Below are positions 19,474-30,300 of a DNA stretch of 64,000 bases, piece after piece (the first letter of the stretch is position 1; each line of letters opens with the position of its first letter). The DNA comes from Pseudomonadota bacterium. Its GTDB lineage: Bacteria; Pseudomonadota; Alphaproteobacteria; Rhizobiales; Xanthobacteraceae. The position numbers and the translations under genes were made by a program. A model generated the notes under the pieces. That model was given only the letters and a program-made list of their open reading frames with translations. It was not told the origin of the DNA and searched no databases. The stretch lies in the NCBI GenBank assembly GCA_049324435.1, contig JBMOOQ010000008.1, positions 20,072 through 84,071 of the forward strand. Reading direction: 5' to 3'.

Positions 19474-20200
19474 CGTCGTCGTCCCCGAGATAGGCCTCGA
19501 TCACCTCGGGATCGGCCAACACTTCCTCAACTTCGCCCTCCTTGATCTTGCGTCCGGAATTCATCACAACGCAACGGCCGCAGAGCGAACGGATCGCATC
19601 CATGACATGTTCGACCATGATGATGGTGCGGCCTTGGTGAGACAGCTTTTCGATCAGCGCGATGCCGATGTTGAGTTCGCTCGGGTTGAGTCCCGCCAGC
19701 CACTCGTCCAGCAACAGCACCCTCGGATTGGAGGCGAGCGCACGGGCAAGTTCGACACGTTTCTGGTCGATATAAGTCATCGCAGAAACCGGAACATGCT
19801 CGCGTCCTCGCAGCCCGACCAGCGCCAGCAACTCGTGCGCGGCTTCGCGGGCCTGCTCACCCCAGAGACGCTGATGGCCAAATGCCGCGCCCGCGATCAC
19901 ATTGTGCTCCGCATCCATCGCCGGAAGCATACGCACGAGCTGGAAGGTGCGCGCCACCCCTTGCCGGGCGATCTTGTGCGCCGGCAATCCGGAAATCCGC
20001 GTACCCAATAGCGTGATCTCACCGGCATCCGGCCTTAGCGCACCCGAGATCAGATTGAGCATTGTAGTCTTGCCGGAGCCGTTTGGCCCGATCAGGCCGA
20101 ACAATTCGCCCTCGCGCACCTCAAAACTCACGTCGTTCACCGCGACAAGGCCGCCGAACGCCTTGCGGGCGCCGTTGACACTGAGGGCTGCCGCTGTCAT
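19466..20200 (-). CDS. LivG-like ABC transporter ATP-binding protein
   Basis: Walker A GPNGSGKTT, Walker B LLLDE; 8-bp overlap with the downstream gene. Confidence 0.85.
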   Translation of the reverse strand: MTAAALSVNGARKAFGGLVAVNDVSFEVREGELFGLIGPNGSGKTTMLNLISGALRPDAGEITLLGTRISGLPAHKIARQGVARTFQLVRMLPAMDAEHNVIAGAAFGHQRLWGEQAREAAHELLALVGLRGREHVPVSAMTYIDQKRVELARALASNPRVLLLDEWLAGLNPSELNIGIALIEKLSHQGRTIIMVEHVMDAIRSLCGRCVVMNSGRKIKEGEVEEVLADPEVIEAYLGDDDDA

Positions 20201-21168
20201 GCGCGCTCTTCCGCAGGAAGGGGTCGCGGTTCAGTCCGCATTCTCTTCAGATGCGCCCACAATTGCTCCAGCCGCCCGATGATGCCGTCAGGCAGGAGAT
20301 AGACGATCACCAAGAAGGCAATCCCCATCACGATCGACGTATCGTTGGGGAAGCGCACCGTCACGAAATCCATCAGAAGCATGAATGGGATCACGCCGAT
20401 CAGCGGTCCCCAAAGCCTCCGCGTGCCGCCGAGCAGTGCCATAATGACAACCAGGAACGAGGTCATCGGCGTGAAGGCTGCGGGCGGCTCGACATAGGGG
20501 TAACGCGGCGCGAGGATCGCGCCCGCCATGCCGATGAACGCGCCCGAGATCATGAATAGAATGATCTTGAGCCGCGCGGTATCGATGCCGGAATGTTTGG
20601 CCACGGTCTCGTCGTTGCCGATGATCTGCATCGCAAATCCGAGGCGCGAGCGATTGATCAGCCAGCCGGTCAGGAAAACCGCCGCGGTAAGAGCCAGAAG
20701 CATCCAGTAAATGTGTTTTTCGGTAAAGTCGGTGAAGACGTAGAGCCCCATCTTCCCCGTGAGCTTGATCTGCGCATAGGACACGATCTGACGGATCAGC
20801 TCGGCGAGACCGAAGGTGAAGATCACGAAATAAACGCCGGAAATGCGAAGCGTCGCGGCACCGACCAGTCCGGCGAGGATCGCCGCCACCACACCGCCGG
20901 TCAGCACGAGAAGCGGAAACGGCATATGGTCGAGACCGAGCCCGACCGTGTAGGTGCCGATTCCGAAGAATGCGGCGGTTGCAAGCGAGACGTAGTGCGT
21001 CGGCCCGGAGAACAGCGTCCAGGCCGTGCAGAGCGCCGCGTACATCACCATGTTCAGGCTCAACGACAGGTAATAGCCCTGATCGAACAGCGGCAGCGTT
21101 GCGGCAGCGGTCAATACGACCGCGGCCGCGATTGCGGTTAGGATTTCTCGTTGCGTCAGCCGCGTCAT
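20197..21168 (-). CDS. LivM-like branched-chain amino acid ABC permease
   Basis: Polytopic membrane protein, HAAT-family permease pattern; ATGA-type overlap. Confidence 0.8.
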   Translation of the reverse strand: MTRLTQREILTAIAAAVVLTAAATLPLFDQGYYLSLSLNMVMYAALCTAWTLFSGPTHYVSLATAAFFGIGTYTVGLGLDHMPFPLLVLTGGVVAAILAGLVGAATLRISGVYFVIFTFGLAELIRQIVSYAQIKLTGKMGLYVFTDFTEKHIYWMLLALTAAVFLTGWLINRSRLGFAMQIIGNDETVAKHSGIDTARLKIILFMISGAFIGMAGAILAPRYPYVEPPAAFTPMTSFLVVIMALLGGTRRLWGPLIGVIPFMLLMDFVTVRFPNDTSIVMGIAFLVIVYLLPDGIIGRLEQLWAHLKRMRTEPRPLPAEERA

Positions 21169-22031
21169 GCCTGCTGCCTGCCGAAAATGCCCTGCGGCCG
21201 GAACAAAAGCACCAGCACGAACAGCGCGTAGGTCGCAGCCAGTGTCAGGCCCGGATCGATCAGCCGCGCGACCGCGGTCTCGGCGACGCCGAGGATCAGC
21301 GCCGCGATCACTGCACCACGCACATCGCCCACACCGCCCATGATCACGATGATAAGCGCCTTCATCGTGAACACCACACCCATGGATGCATTGAAACTAT
21401 AGAAGGTCGAGAGCAGCGTGCCGCCGCAGGCAGTCAAGGCGCCGCCGAGCGCGAATGACAAGGCGGCCGCCTTGGCCACGTCGATGCCAACGAGCTTCGC
21501 CGAATTCGGATTGACCGCGACTGCTCGCACCGCCGTACCGTAGCGCGTCTTGTACAGGAACAGATAGAGGGCCGCCGCAATCAGGCAGGCCGCGCCGAAC
21601 GCGACGACACGGTTCAATCCGTAGAAAGTGCCGAAAATGTCGAAGCGATCGGCCAGGAATTGATAGGACGTATAGGCGCCGCCGAAGCCGCGCAGCATCA
21701 GCCCCTGAAACAGAAACAGAAGACCGAATGTCGCGAGGATCGAATCGACCTCAAGCATGCCCTGGTTTTTGGCGCGATCGACCAGCGGCCGCAGCAGCAC
21801 ACTGTAGATAAGCCAGTTCACCAAGAACGCTGCCGGCGCAATGATCAGGATGCCCCAGAGCGGGTTCACGGCGTAGGACGTAAAGAGCCAGAATGCGATG
21901 AAGCAGGCGGCAACAAATGTCTCGCCATTGGCGAGGTTCATGATGCGTGCAACGCCATATTGCAGCGTCAGCCCGATCGAGATGAGTGCATAGGTGCCGC
22001 CGAGCAGAACGCCGGTAACGATGGTCTCCAT
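21165..22031 (-). CDS. LivH-like branched-chain amino acid ABC permease
   Basis: Polytopic membrane protein, HAAT-family permease. Confidence 0.8.
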   Translation of the reverse strand: METIVTGVLLGGTYALISIGLTLQYGVARIMNLANGETFVAACFIAFWLFTSYAVNPLWGILIIAPAAFLVNWLIYSVLLRPLVDRAKNQGMLEVDSILATFGLLFLFQGLMLRGFGGAYTSYQFLADRFDIFGTFYGLNRVVAFGAACLIAAALYLFLYKTRYGTAVRAVAVNPNSAKLVGIDVAKAAALSFALGGALTACGGTLLSTFYSFNASMGVVFTMKALIIVIMGGVGDVRGAVIAALILGVAETAVARLIDPGLTLAATYALFVLVLLFRPQGIFGRQQA

Positions 22032-22103
22032 TCAAGGTCCCGCCCGCACGCAACCATCCGGCGCGGCGCCGATGCCGCGCCGGATGTCGTCTCTTTAGAA
22101 AAG

Positions 22104-23303
22104 TTACTTCCAGGGCTCTTTCTTCACCGGCGCCTTCGCTCCGGGGATGCCATCGGACGCAACGCCAACAAAGACGCCATTCTGCCACTGGCCGACGGTC
22201 CAGACCTTGTGGTTGATACCGTCCTTGAGATCGACCTCGCCAATGATGGTCTTGAACGGCGCCTTGCGAAGCTCTGCCACTACCTTCGCCTTGTCGGTCG
22301 TGCCGGCGCGCTCGATTGCCTGACCGAGAATTTCCAGGCCGGCATAGGTCACGGGACTTGCCCAGGAATCGGCGTCGACCCCGGTCACTTCCTTATGCCG
22401 CTTGCGGTAGTCCGCGACAGCCTTCGAACTCGGGTCAAAGCCGCCAACTCCCATAACGCCGTTGGCTGCGTCCTTGAAGCGCCCGATATAGCTCGGGAAG
22501 GCCGTACCAACGCCGACATAGAATGCACCGACGTCAAACTTCTGGATGCGGGCCTGATCTGTCAGTGCGAAGGTATCCGGCGGGTAGGAGAATGCCACGA
22601 AGGCGTCAGGATTCGCGGCCTTGGCAGCGGAGATGATCGGGGCCACATCCTGCGTACCAAGCGGATATGACGTCTCGTAGACGATCTCGAATCCAGCCTT
22701 TTGCAGAGCGGGCTTGCCGGCATTCAGAAGTTCGAGCCCGAAAGCATCGGCAACGTTAACGACCGCCACCCGCTTGCCGATCGCACCAGAGTCTCGCAGC
22801 TTCTTAAGCGCATCGGCTACGCCTTCGGCGAGTTGCTTGGAAGTACCCAGCATCCAGGCCGAATTGTTCCAGCGCTTGGCAAACTCTTCCACGCTGTTGG
22901 ATGCCGCCGTGGTGGCGATGTGCGGATAGCCGAACCGGTTGATCAGCGGCGCGGTCGCAGCGTTGATGCCGGTTGAATACGGACTCACCAGGAAGTCGAC
23001 CTTGTCAACGGTCGCAAGCCGCGTAATGTTCTTGATCGCCTCGTCGGCGCTAGTCTTGTCATCGAGTTCGATGACTTCGAGCTTCATCTGTTTGCCGCCG
23101 ACCTTCAGGCCGCCGCGCGCGTTCACCTCTTCCACCCACAGCTTGATGTTCGGCCAATGCGTCACCGCCGCGGGCGCTCCGAGCGGCCCCGTCTTTGGTG
23201 CACTTGCACCGATCTTCAGCGTGTCCTGGGCGGCAGCAATTCCGGCCGCCATGACGATAGCAGCAGCCGAGGCTGCTACCGTCATCGTCATTCTTTTGAA
23301 CAT
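22104..23303 (-). CDS. LivK-like periplasmic substrate-binding protein (HAAT family)
   Basis: Signal peptide MFKRMTMTVAASAAAIVMAAGIAAAQ; type I PBP pattern. Confidence 0.8.
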   Translation of the reverse strand: MFKRMTMTVAASAAAIVMAAGIAAAQDTLKIGASAPKTGPLGAPAAVTHWPNIKLWVEEVNARGGLKVGGKQMKLEVIELDDKTSADEAIKNITRLATVDKVDFLVSPYSTGINAATAPLINRFGYPHIATTAASNSVEEFAKRWNNSAWMLGTSKQLAEGVADALKKLRDSGAIGKRVAVVNVADAFGLELLNAGKPALQKAGFEIVYETSYPLGTQDVAPIISAAKAANPDAFVAFSYPPDTFALTDQARIQKFDVGAFYVGVGTAFPSYIGRFKDAANGVMGVGGFDPSSKAVADYRKRHKEVTGVDADSWASPVTYAGLEILGQAIERAGTTDKAKVVAELRKAPFKTIIGEVDLKDGINHKVWTVGQWQNGVFVGVASDGIPGAKAPVKKEPWK

Positions 23304-23559
23304 GAACTCCTCCTCTACGATATAGGGTGCGGGCCTTGGGCACCTTGCTTTTTTTTTCGGACCGGCACTTTATCCGCTGGCGCGTGCCATGGTCCAGCAT
23401 GCTTCATCGTTAACGTCAATCGCAGACCATGCTCCGTTTGCGTAAAAGCAGCGCGGCCGTCGAGTCGCCATGCGTCCTTGTGTCACCCGAGTTCAGCAGG
23501 CTGAACCAGACCGCAAGCCCGGCTGCAGCTGCCACCAGACCGGAAATCATCCCATCCGA

Positions 23560-25023
23560 TCACGCAAAATGGATGGTCTTGGTCTCTAGATAATTGTCGA
23601 GCCCTTCCGGCCCTCCCTCACGTCCGATTCCCGATTGCTTGAAGCCGCCGAACGGATGTTTCGGATCGACGATCATTCCATTGACCGTGACGCTGCCGGT
23701 CCGCATCCGGCGCGCCATCTGGTAGCCGCGCTCCGGATTGGCCGTGTAAACCGCGCCGCTCAGACCATAGACAGAATTGTTGGCTTTCCGGATCGCATCG
23801 TCTTCGTCCGTATAGGTGATGACCGAGACGACTGGGCCAAAGATCTCCTCCTGTGCGATCTTCATGTACGGATGCACGTCGGTAAATACGGTCGGCTCGA
23901 TGTAGTAGCCCTTGTCGAGCCCTTTCGGCCGCCCGCCGCCGCAGGCTAATGTCGCACCTTTCGCCCGGCCTGCAGCAATGTAGTCCTGCACGCGCGCCAG
24001 CTGCCTTGCCATGGTCAACGGTCCCATCTGGGTGTCTGGACTGAAGGGGTCGCCGACCTTGATGCGCGACACCGCCCCGAGAAACATGTCGAGGAATTCC
24101 TGCTTGCGCCGCTCCGGCACCAGGATGCGCGTCAGCGAAAAGCAGACCTGACCGGTGATCGGCATCGAATAGACCATCAGACTTGGCAGCGCCGCCGCGA
24201 AATCGGCATCGTCGAGCAGAATTGCGGCCGACTTGCCGCCAAGCTCGAGGCTGACACGTGCGAGGCGTTGCGCACAAACCGCGGCAATGTGCTTGCCTGC
24301 TGCGGTCGAACCGGTGAAGGCGACCTTGTCGATATCCTTATGACGCACAAGATAATCGCCGCCCTCGCGGCCGGCCGGCACCAGATTGAATACACCGGCC
24401 GGCAGACCGGCCTTCTCGATGCATTCGGCCAGGATGTAGGCCTCCAGCGGCGTTTCCGGCGACGGCTTCGACACAATCGTGCATCCGGCCGCAAGTCCCG
24501 CGGCCACCTTGTAGCTCAACAAGACGAGCGGCGCGTTCCACGGCGTGATGGCAGCGCAGACGCCGACAGGCTCCTTCGCCACCTTCACCTTCCCGCCATC
24601 GTCGCGCTTGCGGTCATCGACGAACGGATAGGTTTCGATCAGATCGGCGTAGTAGTTGAACAGTGTCGGATTTTGTCCGACGAGCTTCTTGGTCAGCATG
24701 ATCGGCGCACCGACCTGCAGAGTCCAGGCATTGGCAATATCGTCCAGCCGTTGCGACAGCAATTCCGCGATCTTGCGCAGATAACGCGCGCGTTCGACCG
24801 GCGTCACGCGGGGCCACGGTCCGTTTTCGAAGGCATCGCGGGCCTCGGCGACGGCGCGGTCGATATCGGCGCGTCCTGCTTCGGGATAGCTGAGGATTAG
24901 CTCTTCGGTGACCGGGGAAATAACATCAAGCTTTTGGTTCGAGATCGGCTCGACCCATTGTCCGCCAATGAACAGGCGCTGTGGCGCGACAGGCGCCGGC
25001 TTGATCTTCGACATCACATTCAT
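23560..25023 (-). CDS. NAD(P)-dependent aldehyde dehydrogenase
   Basis: Start at ATG 25023 (MNVMSKIKPAP, RBS GGAGGAG-7nt); ALDH motifs FTGSTAAG, ELGGKS, catalytic Cys region; the 103-aa in-frame upstream extension is rejected. Confidence 0.9.
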   Translation of the reverse strand: MNVMSKIKPAPVAPQRLFIGGQWVEPISNQKLDVISPVTEELILSYPEAGRADIDRAVAEARDAFENGPWPRVTPVERARYLRKIAELLSQRLDDIANAWTLQVGAPIMLTKKLVGQNPTLFNYYADLIETYPFVDDRKRDDGGKVKVAKEPVGVCAAITPWNAPLVLLSYKVAAGLAAGCTIVSKPSPETPLEAYILAECIEKAGLPAGVFNLVPAGREGGDYLVRHKDIDKVAFTGSTAAGKHIAAVCAQRLARVSLELGGKSAAILLDDADFAAALPSLMVYSMPITGQVCFSLTRILVPERRKQEFLDMFLGAVSRIKVGDPFSPDTQMGPLTMARQLARVQDYIAAGRAKGATLACGGGRPKGLDKGYYIEPTVFTDVHPYMKIAQEEIFGPVVSVITYTDEDDAIRKANNSVYGLSGAVYTANPERGYQMARRMRTGSVTVNGMIVDPKHPFGGFKQSGIGREGGPEGLDNYLETKTIHFA

Positions 25024-25291
25024 GGCAGCGCTCCTCCCCAGAGCCGTACACAACCGCATGTGCTTATGATGCGGCTGGCCGTACTGGCAAGCGAGAGGGA
25101 AAGAGATCGCCAGCGCCGCAGTGACGCACTGCGCGCCTAGAATCGCCACGTCTGGGTTGAGAAAGATCAGTGGGCAATCCGGGAGGCGGCATAAGGCCAT
25201 CCAGCAGACAAATTTTGAGGATGGCAGTGGCAAGTACGCTGGGACGTCCGCAACCCGCCTTTTATGGATAGTCTTTAAAGAATAACGTCGC

Positions 25292-25933
25292 TCAATGTTG
25301 ACCGATCGTCTCGGTCTCAAAACGCTCGACAAAATACAGGCCGATCCGGCGCGTCAGACTGGCCGCCACGACAGAGGAAACTGCAATCCCAACTGCCCCC
25401 GCGATTGGGGCCGCGAACGATAGCGTTGTCGCCGTCGCTGCCGCCAAGCCGGTCGGAGTCGCACCGCCCATCAGACCGATCACGATCGAACGCATCTTGT
25501 CGCGCTCGAACGGGATGCCGTAGAGATCGCTGAGGCCCTTGACCATTCGAAGAATGACCGCGGTGACACTGACGACGTTCACGGTCGGCATGGGCACGAG
25601 ACCGCCGAGCCCAGCATACATCTTGTGCCGGTCGACGATCCTGAATGCGAGTTGAAGACGCCGCTCCGCCTCTTCTTGGGTCATCGGGGGAAAAATTTCG
25701 AATTTGAGTGTCGCGTCGTCTGCATGAGAGTCACCGGCACTCATATCGTTGGCATTTGCAGGCGGCGGCGTGGGTGGCCACACCTCTGCTTCGACCTGGA
25801 CCGGCTCCTTTGGAGTGGTCGGCTTCGCCGTCACCGATTGCGGCATTGGCGCCTCGGTCCCTGCCTCACCAGGAACGAACCGCAGGCCGGACCCGGCAGG
25901 CTTGATCGCCTTCGGAAGCTGTTTGCGTGTCAT
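25292..25933 (-). CDS. DUF697-like membrane-associated protein (paralog of 34745..35326)
   Basis: Conserved core GLGGLVPMPTVNVVSVTAVILRMVKGLSDLYGIPF aligns with GVGGLIPVPIIDVATVAGIQLQMLRRLSQIYNVPF of the second copy; ATGA overlap with upstream ParA-like gene. Confidence 0.5.
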   Translation of the reverse strand: MTRKQLPKAIKPAGSGLRFVPGEAGTEAPMPQSVTAKPTTPKEPVQVEAEVWPPTPPPANANDMSAGDSHADDATLKFEIFPPMTQEEAERRLQLAFRIVDRHKMYAGLGGLVPMPTVNVVSVTAVILRMVKGLSDLYGIPFERDKMRSIVIGLMGGATPTGLAAATATTLSFAAPIAGAVGIAVSSVVAASLTRRIGLYFVERFETETIGQH

Positions 25934-26574
25934 GCTGCGGCCTGCTGTTGTCCGAGCACCATGTCGAGTTCATCGGCGATCGCAGCAATCTCGCGCGCCG
26001 CGGGCCCCTTCCAGCTGATCAGACTCGGCGTCGCGCCCCACAACGACGCCTCCGGATAGGCCACCCGGTTTTGCATCTCGTTCTGAAGCACCGGAATGCC
26101 AGCCTCGGTGAGCTCGGTCCGGATGTGCCGCGCGATGATCGAATCGCGGGTGGTCTGCGTCAGGAGGCAACGATAGAGCGGCCGCCGTCCGTCGGATCGC
26201 TCGGTGAGGAAACTGATGGTGTCCAGGGTCCGGTCCACGTCGAACGGCGACGGCTTGACCGGGACCAGGAGAAAATCCGACACCGCAAGGCATTCCAGCG
26301 TAGTCTTTGAGCGGAATCCCGGGGTGTCAATGATAACAAGTCCTCCGGCACCGGAGATGCGCCGGGCGGTCTTGGTGGCCTCCTCAGTGGCGTCTTCGAT
26401 GACGGCAACGCCCCCAAGGCTGCGCTCGCGAGCGGCCAACCCCATGATCGAACGCTGCGGATCGGCATCGATGATCGTCGGACGCCGGCCGCGGAGATGC
26501 CAGTAAACCGCGAGACAACTGGCGACCGTACTCTTGCCGCTACCACCCTTCATCGTGGCGATCGTAACGATCAT
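25930..26574 (-). CDS. ParA/MinD-family P-loop ATPase
   Basis: Start at ATG 26574 (MIVTIATMKGGSGKST deviant Walker A, RBS AAGGAGG); 214 aa. Confidence 0.75.
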   Translation of the reverse strand: MIVTIATMKGGSGKSTVASCLAVYWHLRGRRPTIIDADPQRSIMGLAARERSLGGVAVIEDATEEATKTARRISGAGGLVIIDTPGFRSKTTLECLAVSDFLLVPVKPSPFDVDRTLDTISFLTERSDGRRPLYRCLLTQTTRDSIIARHIRTELTEAGIPVLQNEMQNRVAYPEASLWGATPSLISWKGPAAREIAAIADELDMVLGQQQAAA

Positions 26575-26808
26575 CTCACGGCCTCCTTGCCAAAGACCCG
26601 CGCAGTGATTCGTTTGTATGGTAGCCAATTTTGGAAAGGCGCGCCTTAGATTGGAGGCGAGATCAGCGTAGATTTGTGTGCGCTTCCAAGCGCAGCGGAC
26701 CCCATTCTAGCCGCGTGGTCTTAGACGCTGATGAAATGTGTGATTGACTGGCCACCCAAATCGCACCGGCTTCTTTCGTAGAGCCAGCCCGTTGTGCCAA
26801 CCATGCTC

Positions 26809-26850
26809 AAAAAAATATGACGCTGTTTCCGAATGTCTTCGGAAACAGCG
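26809..26850 (-). terminator. Intrinsic terminator of the lanA precursor gene
   Basis: 13-bp perfect inverted repeat CGCTGTTTCCGAA-tgtc-TTCGGAAACAGCG (26821-26850) followed on the minus strand by TCATATTTTTTT (plus-strand A7 at 26809-26815). Confidence 0.6.
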
Positions 26851-26882
26851 TCAAATAGCCTGAAAAGCAAATTGTCCGGAGA

Positions 26883-27032
26883 TTACCAGGCCGGGCAAAC
26901 CGACAGGCCGGTGCAAGAGCCCAGCGTGTAGTTCGCGGAGGTCTCGGTTCCTGCGGCACTTTCCAGCACTTCGTCGGAAACGTCGAAGCTCAGGATCTCT
27001 TCTTCTTTTTGATTGAAGGTGGTGAGGGTCAT
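26883..27032 (-). CDS. lanA: Class II lanthipeptide precursor peptide (LanA), 49 aa
   Basis: Not in the ORF track (<60 aa). ATG 27032, RBS AAAGGAA, stop TAA 26883-26885; MTLTTFNQKEEEILSFDVSDEVLESAAGTETSANYTLGSCTGLSVCPAW; divergent from LanM; own terminator. Confidence 0.6.
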   Translation of the reverse strand: MTLTTFNQKEEEILSFDVSDEVLESAAGTETSANYTLGSCTGLSVCPAW

Positions 27033-27379
27033 GGCGTAATTCCTTTCATCCGCCAGATGCATAGAAAGTTACGAGGAAACTTGATGAATTTCCCCCTGCT
27101 GGCGGACGCAAGGATTGGCTAAATGCGGCGAAAAGTCAATCATTGCTGCCTTTGTCATCACAACGATCCGTTACTCAAAATCCTCATCCCGTGATCATGT
27201 CATTAACGCTTCGTGGCCTGCATTTATAGGCAGTGAATTTGCGGCGGCTGCACCGATTTAGGTTTATAGTCTTAAACTGACACTGAGAGCCCGGAAACGC
27301 GGTGCAAAATGGAAGCTGCCGGGTAACGATCCCGATTTCGTGCGGGAAAAACGTCGTCGGGCCCGCTAGGACTGCGTCA

Positions 27380-30300
27380 ATGGATACTCCTTTAGACCGC
27401 ATAGTGGCTCGCGCTGCGACCATCGACGAGCTTCTGGCCAAACCCGGCTCTGCAATGGGCTGCGATGCTGGCATTGCCGAACGGCGGCTGGCGGCGTGGT
27501 GCCGCTCGGCGGCCAATGGCGATTCGCAGCTATTCGCCAGGCGGCTCGCCCGTGACGGTTTGTCCCTTGAGAAGGCCCGCAACCGGCTGGCGGCTGCCTT
27601 CCCGAGTGCAGGTGGCCGCATGACCGGCTGGTCCGCAGACGCCGCCTGGGTCGAAGCGGGATTATACGGTGATTTCACAGAGCAAAGCTTTCCGGCGCTC
27701 AGCGCCGAACCCCGGCCCTTCCAGCACTTGCTTGGCCCGCTCGTCGCGGCGGCTGAGGCCAGACTCTGGCATGCAGCCGGTGAGGACTTGCGCAAGAACT
27801 TCACGGACCCTGGGCTCGAAAGCTTGCGCTTGATGCTGCTCGACCAGCTATCCGACCTATGCGCCCCGCCGCTGTATGAACGTTTTGCCGCGATGCGCGA
27901 GCGTGGCGAGGATTCACAGACTAGCGCCGCAGACCGGGCGCCTGGTACCGCCGCCTACAGCCGGTTCGTCGCGGACATGCGGTCGGGCGGTTTCCGCATA
28001 CTGTTCGATGAGAAGCCGGTACTGCTGCGTCTGATCGCAATCCTCGCACGGCAATGGATCGATTCGGTCTGCGAATTTGCAATTCGCCTGGACAAAGACC
28101 TCGCGGCCGTCCGTCGCGATCTTGCGGGATGCGATCGGTTGGAGCGCATTCTCAAGGTCGATGGCGGCCTGTCCGACCGTCATAACAATGGCCGGTCCGT
28201 CTTCATCGTTACGTTCGAGGACGGTGTCCGCGCGGTCTACAAGCCGAAGGATCTGCGTCTCGACGTGGCCTGGAACAAGCTGATCGCGCGCTTGAACGGA
28301 TCGAGTCCGCCGCTGGCCTTGCGGGCTGCCCGAACGATCGCTCGTGATCACTACGGATGGACCGAGTTCATCGACCACACCGGATGTGCCGACGAAAGCG
28401 GCTGCGACTTGTACTTCCGCAGAGCCGGAGCCTGGCTCGCGCTGTTTCACTGTTTTGCAGCGACCGACATGCACCAGGAGAATGTCATCGCCGCCGGCGA
28501 CCATCCGGTGCCGATCGATCTTGAGACCATTCTCCAGCCGACCCCGGCGCCGCCGAAGAATCAGGAACCGGAGAGCGAAGCCTTCGATGCCGCAACGCGC
28601 ATGATCGCGGATTCCGTCATGGCGGTCGGCGTGCTGCCGGCTTACGGCAGGGCTCCGGACACCTCGATTTTCGCCATGGGCGCCCTGACGGCCGACTGGA
28701 ATGCCAGAATCAGGCTTGAATGGCTCGACATCAACACCGACGGAATGCGTCCGACACGCGCCAAGGTGGTCGAAAATGCAAACCCGAATTTGCCGCATGC
28801 CGGCGGCCGCTACGCCCGCTTCGGCGAGCACGTAGACGCCTTTCTCGCCGGATTTGAAGACTACGCCCGGTTTCTGTCGCAGCTGTCGCGAGGAGACGGC
28901 CTGGGCGGATTGTTCGACGGATTTTCTGGCGTCACGGTCCGGAAGGTGGTCCGGCCGACGCGCTTTTACGCAATGCTGCTGCAGCGCCTGAAGACCCACC
29001 GCAGCATGGATGATGGCGCGGCGTGGTCGGCCCAGGCGGATTTTATCGCGCGCCTGTCGGACTGGGAGGCGCCGTCCGACCCCACCTGGGGGTTTCACCG
29101 GGCAGAGCGGTCCGCTCTCCTCGCCCTAAACGTTCCGCATTTCGTGGTCCCGAGCGATGGTCACGGGGTCCGAGATTGTGAAGGCCCGGTGGCCACACTG
29201 ACAGGGCTATCGGGGCTAGAGCGCGCGCGCGAGCGGGTCCGCCAATTCGATAAGGCCGAGATCGAATGGCAGCTCGCCGTCATCAAGGCCAACACGGCGG
29301 GAGCGCCGCCGAAAAGTTCAGCGGATGTCGCTCGATTGCTCCTGAGAACGGACGTCCCGATTGCAACGGACAGTTTCGCGTCTGAGGCTGACCGGATCGC
29401 GGCGGAAATATCCGAGCATGCCATCCGTCGCGGCCGGTCGGCGGCATGGATCGGTCTCGACTGGATGGGCGACGCCGAGGCGTTCCAGCTCGCGCCCTTG
29501 GGGCCCGATCTGTACAATGGCTTATCTGGGATTGCGGTTTTCCTGTCCGCGCATGCGTCGGTCACCGGGCACGGCGCCTCAGCGGAGCTTGCGCTCGCAG
29601 CGCTGACCCATTTGCGCAAAAAGCTGAAAGATCGAAACTCCGCACGCTTCGTCCGCTCGCTCGGGATTGGCGGCGCGACCGGGCTCGGATCGCTCATCTA
29701 TGCCCTTGCCGTGATCGCAAAGAATCTTGGGCAAGCTGACATCCTTTCCGATGCGCATGCGGCTTCGGCACTGATGATCGACGAGTTGATTGCGGCCGAC
29801 AAACGGCTCGACGCACTCGGCGGCAGCGCCGGCGCAATTCTGGCATTGCTGCGTCTCTACAGAGATACGCAGTCATCTGATGTGCTGGCCCGCGCGGTCG
29901 CTTGCGGCGAACATCTGCTCCGTCAGGAGAGGACCGGTATCGAGGGCATGCGCAGCTGGGTCGGTATTGGTCTTGGCGAAAAGCCCCTCAATGGCATGTC
30001 ACATGGCGCTGCCGGATTTGCCTATGCTCTTGCCTCGCTGGCGGAAGCGACCGGCCGCAACGACTTTCACCGCGCTGCTTCCGAGTGTCTTGCATTCGAG
30101 AATGCGACTTACAATGCCGATCGGCACAACTGGCCCGACTTGCGTCATAAAGGCGAGCCGGGCTGGGCCTGCCGCTGGTGCCATGGTGCGCCGGGAATCG
30201 GCCTCGCACGTGCCGCCCTGCTGAAACGGAGTGGCATCAATGCAGCGACGCTACAGTCGGACATCCGGAACGCGCTGGTTGGGGTCGAAGAGAACTGGCC

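Noticed and set aside
25024-25332. 103-codon upstream extension of the second aldehyde dehydrogenase
   Set aside because: Non-protein-like composition; strong RBS GGAGGAG precedes ATG 25023, which gives the canonical ALDH N-terminus
26724-26804. 27-aa minus-strand ORF between the lanA terminator and the ParA-like gene
   Set aside because: No RBS; begins inside the terminator T-tract; not peptide-like
27914-29098. 394-aa antisense ORF (and several others of 60-180 aa) inside the LanM gene
   Set aside because: Lies fully within a much longer ORF that shows clear LanM/LanC motifs; long spurious antisense ORFs are expected at ~65% GC
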